A DNA stretch of 64,000 nt from an uncultured Spirochaetota bacterium (GTDB taxonomy: Bacteria > Spirochaetota > Spirochaetia > SZUA-6 > Fen-1364), in the NCBI GenBank assembly GCA_963820525.1, contig CAWGAA010000001.1, positions 736,001-800,000 on the forward strand. The letters are read 5' to 3'. A program made the position numbers and the translations under genes. Position 1 is the first letter of the stretch, and each line of letters starts with the position of its first letter. Below are positions 55,864-64,000 of this stretch, in pieces. The notes under the pieces were generated by a model. The model searched no databases and was not told the origin of the DNA. It saw nothing but the letters and a program-made list of their open reading frames with translations.

Positions 55864-56556
55864 ATGAGTATTGCAATCTTTGCATTCATAAAAATAGACA
55901 ATAATTTGAGCCATCTTGAGTTCTTTCAAGAAGGTCGTCTATTTATGCGGACGCTAAGGTATTTCAAGAATTATGAAGACAAATGCCTTCATGGTCGTGG
56001 TGATAAACTTGAAGGAAGTATAGGTGTTTTTCAGCCCTCTCAAGTTAAATTAGAACTCAATGGAATTCCACTAAATTCATTTCAATTTCAGGATCAAATA
56101 ATTGTTCATAGTGAAAGCCTTCTCGAAAAGCATACCTTTTGTCTTATAACATCATATATAAATGACGAAAGTCCGATGATTTCAGATGAAAAGTCTAAAC
56201 ACTTCAAACTTGATTCTAAAAACTACAAATTTGGCGGGTGGCTTCTTATCATCAGAGATCCACAAGAATTTCTTAACAGAGTAAAACAATCTTTTAAGCA
56301 GCAACATATCATTTATCGAATTGGAATGGTTAAATATTATAACTTCGTTGAAACTAATACAATGTTTGATGACATTGAGACAGGCTTTCAAAAACCGTTT
56401 GAGTTCAGCCATCAAAATGAATTCCGAATTTTAATAGACTCTCCTATTATTGATGAACAGTGCATAATTGTAAAAATTCCCTCTATAAAGGATATATCAC
56501 TGATCATAAAAACTGATGAATTGAATGATCATCTTCATCTAAATATGAATCAGTGA
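55864..56556 (+). CDS. Hypothetical protein (DUF2971-like C-terminal KxxxFxxQxExR motif)
   Basis: Fills its cassette; FQKPFEFSHQNEFRI. Confidence 0.7.
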   Translation: MSIAIFAFIKIDNNLSHLEFFQEGRLFMRTLRYFKNYEDKCLHGRGDKLEGSIGVFQPSQVKLELNGIPLNSFQFQDQIIVHSESLLEKHTFCLITSYINDESPMISDEKSKHFKLDSKNYKFGGWLLIIRDPQEFLNRVKQSFKQQHIIYRIGMVKYYNFVETNTMFDDIETGFQKPFEFSHQNEFRILIDSPIIDEQCIIVKIPSIKDISLIIKTDELNDHLHLNMNQ

Positions 56557-56692
56557 GCGCGTAACATGCTGTTGGAGTTGACCGCCCAGGCTACGCTTCG
56601 TTACCAATAACTACGCGCGGTAAAGCCTTTTGTACTTTTATGATTCGGGGCGGCAACTCAACAGCGTCGTTAGACGTTTCTAGGAGCCTGAA

Positions 56693-57436
56693 GTGAGCCT
56701 GGTAATTACAGAGATACATACCCTTCGGGGACTGGCAAAAACATGTATAGTCTTTGCGGCAGACCGTAGAATCTCTCGGGGTGGCGTGTATATCGGTACT
56801 CGGAAGAAGATATTCCAAATACCATTTCTACCCGGGGGGGTCGGCTATTTTGGACTGGCGGAAGTCCCGGCTCGTACGGCGTCGCTCCCAATGAGCGACT
56901 GGCTTCATCGCTTCATGAACCAAAACAATGCCATCAAGGACATGAAGACCTTCGCTTCGCAACTTGCAGCGGCCCTAAATGCCGACGTACCACTGCGATA
57001 TAGAAGCCGGTACGTCTCAGGGCTACACGTTTGCGGGTACAATGATTCCAATCTTCCGGAGTTCTGGTTCGTCAGTAACGTAAAGGACGATGGCGTCACC
57101 GTTACCGGTAACTTTAGCCCGCGGGAAGAATTCCTAAGGAGAGACGCAAAGCAATTGGGATTCAATGGCACCGACCCGAAAACCGCAAGATCAGGGGCCG
57201 TGCAGATATACAGGAATGGAGACATTCGCGCACACATCGCAGCATGGGGGAAAATAGATGACGCGTTTGGCGTCCTATTTGGTCAAAGCGGTTTTCGGCG
57301 GCTGCGGTCTATGGAAGACTATAAGGAATGGGTAAGGTTCAAAATGGAGGTCATTGCTCTCTTCTACAAGAAGTATTGCAATGTATCACTAATTGCCAGG
57401 CCAATAGATGCCTTTCTCATTCAAAGAAACGTCTAA
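56693..57436 (+). CDS. Hypothetical protein, possible Ntn-hydrolase/proteasome-beta-like fold
   Basis: AGGAG RBS; N-terminal Ser then IVFAADRRIS...KKIF; stop in R''. Confidence 0.65.
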   Translation: MSLVITEIHTLRGLAKTCIVFAADRRISRGGVYIGTRKKIFQIPFLPGGVGYFGLAEVPARTASLPMSDWLHRFMNQNNAIKDMKTFASQLAAALNADVPLRYRSRYVSGLHVCGYNDSNLPEFWFVSNVKDDGVTVTGNFSPREEFLRRDAKQLGFNGTDPKTARSGAVQIYRNGDIRAHIAAWGKIDDAFGVLFGQSGFRRLRSMEDYKEWVRFKMEVIALFYKKYCNVSLIARPIDAFLIQRNV

Positions 57437-57548
57437 CATGTCGTTGGAGCAGACCGCTTGAACTACGCTTCGTTACTGATAGCTACGCTTGCTAAAGTAC
57501 ATATACTTTTCTGATGCGGCGCGGCTGCTCAACTCAATGTTATATGGC

Positions 57549-58184
57549 TTATTTTGAGCTCACAGCTTTTGCTCCGTTCTTAATTATTTCATAACGCGAA
57601 TGAATCATTCCTTCAGCATCAATTGAACCCATTTTTCTCAATTGAATCGCTTCATCACCTATATTTTCAAATAGCTTAACCCCATCACCTATCAAAATCG
57701 GAGCTATATGTAGATATATTTCATCTACCAGACCAGCTCTTAATGCTTGTTGTGCAACGCTTGCGCTGCCAATTCCTACATATCTCTCTTTAGCAAGCTC
57801 CTTAGCTTTACTAACTGCTGAAATAATTCCATCAGTAACAAATAAAATTGTTGATTTGCCTTTAGGAACATCTTTAGGCGGATTATGAGTCAGAATAATA
57901 ATAGGGATTCCATTAACAGGATGTGTACCATTCCATCCATTGGCAATCTCATATGTCTTGCGCCCAGTTAGCATAGCACCAGCTTTTTTGTACATTTCGG
58001 CAACGATTTTTCTATTGTTGCCTTTAGGCTTAAACATAGTATTCTCATATGGTTTTTCATCTTCAAAGTACCAATCAAATATATGCTCACCGCCACGACC
58101 ACCGAGGGGAAATTCACGACTATCTCCTGGTCCAGCAATGTATCCATCCAAAGATATTGATAAATCAATGACAACCTTTGCCAT
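57549..58184 (-). CDS. Dihydrofolate reductase/RibD C-terminal family protein (reverse-oriented cassette gene)
   Basis: SISLDGYIAG, GRKTYE, GLVDEIYLHIAPILIGDGVKLF. Confidence 0.9.
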   Translation of the reverse strand: MAKVVIDLSISLDGYIAGPGDSREFPLGGRGGEHIFDWYFEDEKPYENTMFKPKGNNRKIVAEMYKKAGAMLTGRKTYEIANGWNGTHPVNGIPIIILTHNPPKDVPKGKSTILFVTDGIISAVSKAKELAKERYVGIGSASVAQQALRAGLVDEIYLHIAPILIGDGVKLFENIGDEAIQLRKMGSIDAEGMIHSRYEIIKNGAKAVSSK

Positions 58185-58283
58185 TTCAAGACCTCCAATA
58201 ACTCATATAGTTTAAGAACTAATATTCTATTGATTAACAATTTACTAAAACTAGTTGGTATTTGTAAAATAATATGAAAGCCA

Positions 58284-59369
58284 CCTGAATTCAACCTCGA
58301 AGTGCAACGATTCTTATTTTTCATGATACACCTCCTGGGGCGTTCTGTAGCCGTGCCGTTTTCTAGGCCTTGAGTTTAGGCTAAAGGCAATCTGCTCGCA
58401 TAGAGCTTGAGTGACATCCCTCATGCAGGTTTTCTTTGGAAGATACTGACGGATCAAACCGTTTAGGTTCTCGTTGCTGCCTCGCTCCCAGGAATGATAA
58501 GGCGTTGCAAAGTAGCATTTCAGTTCGGAATGATCCTCCAGGGTCCTGTAGTCATGGAATTCTGTACCGTTGTCCAAGGTGAGTGTCTTGAAGTTGGCTA
58601 CGTTCTCCCTAATAGCCGGCAGTGCTGCCTCTGTTACTGAGGCTGCTGTTCTTGAGCTCATTTTCCTTATGATAGCAAATCCCGACTTTCGTTCCACCAG
58701 AGTGAGGATGCAGTGATGAAGGTCCCTGCCCATGACGGTGTCGCCCTCCCAATGACCCAATTCTTTACGAGTTTCAACCTCTGGAGGCCTCGTTGAAATA
58801 TGGCGTTTTCCTGGGAGAATTCCTCTTGAATCCCTTGAATTGTAACGTTTTCGCCGCAGTTTCGGCATGATTCGAAGGTTCTTAAATAGCGTTCCTCCAT
58901 GTTTCTTATCGTTCAGGATGTACTTGTAGATGGTCTCGTGACTGATTGTGAATGATCCATTCTTCTTCTGGTAAGCAGATATCTGTTCAGGGCTCCATTT
59001 CTCTTTCAAAAGAACAGTTACTTGCTGCATTTGTTCTGGGCTGAAGCGCGAACCGCGCCTTTCACGTCGCCGTCTTGCAGTTGAATAGCTTTGGGCAAGC
59101 TCAGCTCGGTACCTCAAGTCATGGTTAGTTCGGTTTCGATGAAGTTCCCTGCTGATCGTGCTAGCTGAGCGACCTAGCTCACGTGCAATGTCAGCTTTAG
59201 ATCTTCGGCTTACTAAAAAAGCTGTTATGGTGTATCTTTCTTCTCGAGAGAGTTGGTGATAGTTATTCATGTATGAATCCCCTTTCTTGGCGGAAAATGG
59301 AGGCATACAATAATATCTCAGCTCTCTCATTTTTAATCCATATCGTTGCGCTTACTATTTGAACCTGCG
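58284..59369 (-). mobile_element. IS30-family element copy 5 (transposase 58314-59330)
   Basis: Same IRs; CCA duplication. Confidence 0.95.
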
Positions 59370-59936
59370 CCATATAACATGCTGTTGGAGTTGACCGCCC
59401 AGGTTCCTGGCCTTTCGAATGATTCTTCTTGCTAGGGTTTCTTCGGTTGCTGATTCGGGGCGGCAACTCAACAGCGTCGTTACATCCACGCTAATAATTT
59501 CTTTGAGAGAATATTTTGCCTATTCTGTTTTGAATTATTCAAAGCAAATAAAGAATTCGATTTAGCAATCTTGCAGGTTTTACTTTGTTGAATTCCTCTG
59601 ATACTTTTGCGCGGGCCATGTAAGTTCCCATTGGAACAGCTTGCGCCCATTAGCTGAAAGGGCATCATCAACTTTTAACATCATTTTCTTTCGCTATGCC
59701 CGAATTCTATCATCAATCAACTAACCTTATATTTTCTTCATATCGTGAAGCTTCTTTGCTGGCCCGCGCATATTGTTCTGTTTCCGCGTAGATGTAACAT
59801 GCGGTTGGAGCAGACCGCTTGGACTACGCGTCGTTACTGATTGCTACGCAAGTTAAAGTAATTGTACCTGTATGATACGGCGCGGCTGCTCAACCGCGTC
59901 GTTATGCGTCATTCTATTCACGCCTTGAGGTATAGT

Positions 59937-60422
59937 ATGATCGATGAGATAGCAGCTGCGTTCCGCGAGACACTGCAGATGTTCGAGGACGGGATTCATA
60001 AAATACCAGATGAGTACTGGCGGCAGGGGAGCGGCGACTTCCTTATTCCTGCACGTATCGCCTACCATATCATGATTGGATTGGAGTGGTTTGTCACATC
60101 ATTACCGGAAGATGAGCACCGGAAGACACGCCGCTATAACCTTAATTGGAAAGGGCCAGTCAAAGATTTGCCTGACCGACAGGTGATGCTCGAAGATTTT
60201 GCCTGGATTAGCGGACGCATTTTGGAGTGGTTTTCTGACTGGGAGCGCGAATCGGTGGAAGGTGTGGAACATCCATTCCGATTAAATAAGGCGCTCTACT
60301 TCCTACGGCACACCCAACACCACGTTGGAGAATTTTCCGCTACGGCCCGACTTCTTTATTTAGAGCGTCCCTCTTGGATCTACCCTAAAACTGTGCCGGA
60401 CTCGATTAGAAATAATCCGTAA
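59937..60422 (+). CDS. DinB-family protein
   Basis: IPDEYW...IAYH...LRHTQHHVGE; GAGG RBS before ATG 59937. Confidence 0.8.
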   Translation: MIDEIAAAFRETLQMFEDGIHKIPDEYWRQGSGDFLIPARIAYHIMIGLEWFVTSLPEDEHRKTRRYNLNWKGPVKDLPDRQVMLEDFAWISGRILEWFSDWERESVEGVEHPFRLNKALYFLRHTQHHVGEFSATARLLYLERPSWIYPKTVPDSIRNNP

Positions 60423-61230
60423 AATATTGAAAGGACTATACAGTTATTCCTAATAGCTTAAGACAAATATGAATTAATTAATTCCATTTAAAATCATCTA
60501 AGATTTAGATGAATGTTATTATTTCAATATATTAGAGAATTGATGATAAAATGACGCATAACATGCTGTTGGAGTTGTCCGCCTAGGCTACGCTTCGTTA
60601 CTGATAGCTACGCGCATTGAAGCACCTGTACCTGGATGATTCGGGGCGGCAACTCAACAGCGTCGTTATATCCAATCTAGATTTATATTGATTATCGAAT
60701 AGGCAACGAATTAGTAATTCAATAAAAAGAGATAATACGTGTTTCAATAGCTTGTTTAACCATGATGGCGTTGGCATTGGGCGGGAAGGATGGCGGTGTT
60801 GTACTAATGTTGCTTGCTTGCTCTTAGTTTCAATACACTGCACGTCACCGTGGCTTAATGGTCAACGATTTCATTATAGGGCTCGGATCAAGCTCTTTCT
60901 CTTGAAACAACAACTCTTTTCTGTTGTCCTCAACGCCATCATACTGGATGGATATAACATGCTGTTGGAGTTGTCCGCCTAGGCTACGCGTCGTTACTTA
61001 TAGCTACGTTTGCTAGGGTTCCTTCGGTTGCTGATTCGGGGCGGCAACTCAACAGCGTCGTTATGTCTCATCAAAGCTGTTTTCCACGTCGTTCGTCGCG
61101 TGTCAGGCTATTCAGTTCCGCCACATACATGTATGAACAAGCGCGGGCAATATCGCGGTTGCTTTACCCTGCCGTTCCAAGATATACTGTGAACTGCGAT
61201 TTATCCTTTTGAGAGGACGTTCAGAGCAGT

Positions 61231-61800
61231 ATGACTGTTTGCCAACTCAAATTGACTGTTAAGCATATTGAGCCTCAGATCTGGAGGAGGATACTGATCC
61301 ATCCAGAAATCACGCTCAAGCGGCTTCATCAAATCATTCAGAAACTTATGGGATGGTACGATTACCACCTCTACCAATTCCGAATCAAGCAACAGTACTT
61401 CGCCCCTCCAGGAGAGGAAATCGATCTGATGGCGAGGAGACCGCAGTCCGTCAATGTGCCGGTTTCATGGCTTTTGACCTACGGCGTCAAGAGTTTCGTT
61501 TACGAATACGACTTTGGAGATGGCTGGGAAATAAACATCAGAATCGAAAGAAAACTTGAGAAACCGGACTTCAATCAAGCGGCCGTTTGCATAGATGGTA
61601 AACGGTCCGGTCCGCTTGAAGACAGCGGCGGTCCATTCGGATATATGGAAAAACTTGAAATTATGAAAGATCCGAACCATGAAGAATACGCCGAACTGTC
61701 GGAGTGGATGCCACCTAATTACGACGCGGATAGATTCGACGTTGAAGCTGTTAACAAGCTACTTGCAAGACTTAAGCCGCCAAGATCTAAAGTCATCTGA
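61231..61800 (+). CDS. Plasmid pRiA4b ORF-3 family protein
   Basis: IWRRILI, LHQIIQKLMGWYDYHLYQF, YEYDFGDGW, PLEDSGG. Confidence 0.92.
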   Translation: MTVCQLKLTVKHIEPQIWRRILIHPEITLKRLHQIIQKLMGWYDYHLYQFRIKQQYFAPPGEEIDLMARRPQSVNVPVSWLLTYGVKSFVYEYDFGDGWEINIRIERKLEKPDFNQAAVCIDGKRSGPLEDSGGPFGYMEKLEIMKDPNHEEYAELSEWMPPNYDADRFDVEAVNKLLARLKPPRSKVI

Positions 61801-61884
61801 GATCTTAGGATGTATCTGAGAATATTCTTGTATTTGAATTAAGCATTACCTCTCGATAAGTTGCATGTCTTATTCTGGATGAGA

Positions 61885-62970
61885 CCTGAATTCAACCTCG
61901 AAGTGCAACGATTCTTATTTTTCATGATACACCTCCTGGGGCGTTCTGTAGCCGTGCCGTTTTCTAGGCCTTGAGTTTAGGCTAAAGGCAATCTGCTCGC
62001 ATAGAGCTTGAGTGACATCCCTCATGCAGGTTTTCTTTGGAAGATACTGACGGATCAAACCGTTTAGGTTCTCGTTGCTGCCTCGCTCCCAGGAATGATA
62101 AGGCGTTGCAAAGTAGCATTTCAGTTCGGAATGATCCTCCAGGGTCCTGTAGTCATGGAATTCTGTACCGTTGTCCAAGGTGAGTGTCTTGAAGTTGGCT
62201 ACGTTCTCCCTAATAGCCGGCAGTGCTGCCTCTGTTACTGAGGCTGCTGTTCTTGAGCTCATTTTCCTTATGATAGCAAATCCCGACTTTCGTTCCACCA
62301 GAGTGAGGATGCAGTGATGAAGGTCCCTGCCCATGACGGTGTCGCCCTCCCAATGACCCAATTCTTTACGAGTTTCAACCTCTGGAGGCCTCGTTGAAAT
62401 ATGGCGTTTTCCTGGGAGAATTCCTCTTGAATCCCTTGAATTGTAACGTTTTCGCCGCAGTTTCGGCATGATTCGAAGGTTCTTAAATAGCGTTCCTCCA
62501 TGTTTCTTATCGTTCAGGATGTACTTGTAGATGGTCTCGTGACTGATTGTGAATGATCCATTCTTCTTCTGGTAAGCAGATATCTGTTCAGGGCTCCATT
62601 TCTCTTTCAAAAGAACAGTTACTTGCTGCATTTGTTCTGGGCTGAAGCGCGAACCGCGCCTTTCACGTCGCCGTCTTGCAGTTGAATAGCTTTGGGCAAG
62701 CTCAGCTCGGTACCTCAAGTCATGGTTAGTTCGGTTTCGATGAAGTTCCCTGCTGATCGTGCTAGCTGAGCGACCTAGCTCACGTGCAATGTCAGCTTTA
62801 GATCTTCGGCTTACTAAAAAAGCTGTTATGGTGTATCTTTCTTCTCGAGAGAGTTGGTGATAGTTATTCATGTATGAATCCCCTTTCTTGGCGGAAAATG
62901 GAGGCATACAATAATATCTCAGCTCTCTCATTTTTAATCCATATCGTTGCGCTTACTATTTGAACCTGCG
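61885..62970 (-). mobile_element. IS30-family element copy 6 (transposase 61915-62931)
   Basis: Same IRs; AGA duplication. Confidence 0.95.
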
Positions 62971-63542
62971 AGACATAACATGCTGTTGGAGTTGACCGCC
63001 TAGATTCCTGGCCTTTCGTGAAATCCCTCTTGCTAGAGTTCGCTTCGCGTTGCTGATTCGGGGCGGCAACTCAACAGCGTCGTTATCTCCATCTAAAATT
63101 TTGTTGATTAGCAATGAAGCAACAAATTAATAATTCAATAATATAGGATAAAACGTTTTTCAATTTCATGTTTGCCCATGATGGCGTTGGCATTGCTCTG
63201 GAAGGATGGCGGTGTTGTACTACATTGCCTGCTTGTCTTTAGTTTCAAGGCATGGCACGCCACCTTGGCTTATTATCACTGATTACATTCTACGGCTTAG
63301 ATCAAGCTCTTTCAAATGATTCGCTAGATCTTTTCTGCTTTCCTCAACGCCATCATACTGGATGGAGATAACATGTCGTTGCAGCTGACCGCCCAAGTTA
63401 CGCGTCGTCACTTGAAACTACGCGTTCTCAGGTATTTCATTTTCTTGAGGCGGGGCGGCAGCTGAACTCCTTGTTAGGCAGCCACAAGAGAGCTATTTCA
63501 TATATCCTTGAGTTTCTCTTCTCACGTTTCCGGGTAGAATAT

Positions 63543-64000
63543 ATGAATATTGCTCTTGAATCACTTGCAGAATTCCTTGTTAAGGCAAAACAAATAACCT
63601 ATGCCTCAGGCGGCTCGAATAGCTCTTACACTGTCCCTCCCCTTTTCAAAGATTCTCATCAACTCGAGTATACGATCGATGATCTTCATTATAGAGATGT
63701 CTATTTTGGACAATCACATTTTGCTGGACAAGAAGTAGTTTTTTTCAAAGATAAATGTATCTGGTCAATGTGCTATTCGGGCGGATGGACTGATCTGTTG
63801 ACCGGTAAGAATCAAATACTTTCTATTTCTTCCGTCCTTCAAGCTTCTCTTCGCCAAGTACCTTCTAAAATCCCATTCCGAGGTCCAAAGTTCTTGAACC
63901 TCACGCCTTACACATATAATAATCACGCCATTGGAGATATAAGATTATTCCAAGGAACAGAAGATATTCAGAGAGATAATATCATTTTGTATAAACTTTC
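63543..64000 (+). CDS. DUF5680-like protein, near-identical second copy of 25535-26017 (cut by window end)
   Basis: Cassette start GTTAGGCAG and coding sequence almost identical to the cassette at 25466. Confidence 0.85.
   Translation, partial: MNIALESLAEFLVKAKQITYASGGSNSSYTVPPLFKDSHQLEYTIDDLHYRDVYFGQSHFAGQEVVFFKDKCIWSMCYSGGWTDLLTGKNQILSISSVLQASLRQVPSKIPFRGPKFLNLTPYTYNNHAIGDIRLFQGTEDIQRDNIILYKL

Larger units (their letters stand above)
1..64000 (+). mobile_element. Integron gene-cassette array (superintegron-like), 74 complete cassettes plus 2 partial; integrase/attI outside the window
   Basis: Regular alternation of attC sites with single-gene or gene-less units, mostly in the same orientation; stop codons often fall in the R'' TAAC; TA cassettes present. 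Confidence 0.96.

Noticed and set aside
1..64000. CRISPR array or REP/BIME interpretation of the regular repeats
   Set aside because: Repeats are ~115-bp imperfect palindromes with R''/L''/L'/R' boxes separated by 0.3-1.4 kb units, often whole genes; no cas genes. These are attC sites.
1..64000. Integron integrase, attI/Pc, group II intron or retron reverse transcriptase
   Set aside because: No tyrosine-recombinase or reverse-transcriptase ORF appears in the six-frame track.

Overview
The whole 64 kb window is the interior of a large, probably chromosomal, integron cassette array. No integrase or attI site is visible. By manual reading I count 75 attC sites (~110-117 bp; R'' ...TAAC, L'' GTTG(G/C/A)AG, L', R' GTTA...) delimiting 74 complete cassettes. 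Only 28 carry genes: four toxin-antitoxin pairs, small enzymes, secreted or lipoproteins, candidate defence genes and two nonsense pseudogenes. The other 46 (62%) are gene-less and belong to two or three repeated families with conserved internal stems. Fifteen IS copies are embedded: 6 IS30, 4 IS630, 3 IS1380, 1 IS1595 and 1 IS110. Four highlights: (1) an IS110 element inserted in an attC L'' box whose upstream non-coding end reads as a complete bridge RNA, with a target loop matching the attC, a donor loop matching its own circle junction, and a junction-assembled sigma70 promoter; (2) an IS30-family element whose six copies all sit at one fixed distance from attC R'' with six different 3-bp duplications; (3) the structured gene-less cassette families; (4) cassette-specific terminal inverted repeats of mostly 11-14 bp that go well beyond the 7-bp R boxes. 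All calls come from reading the sequence and ORF track by eye; no database searches were run.
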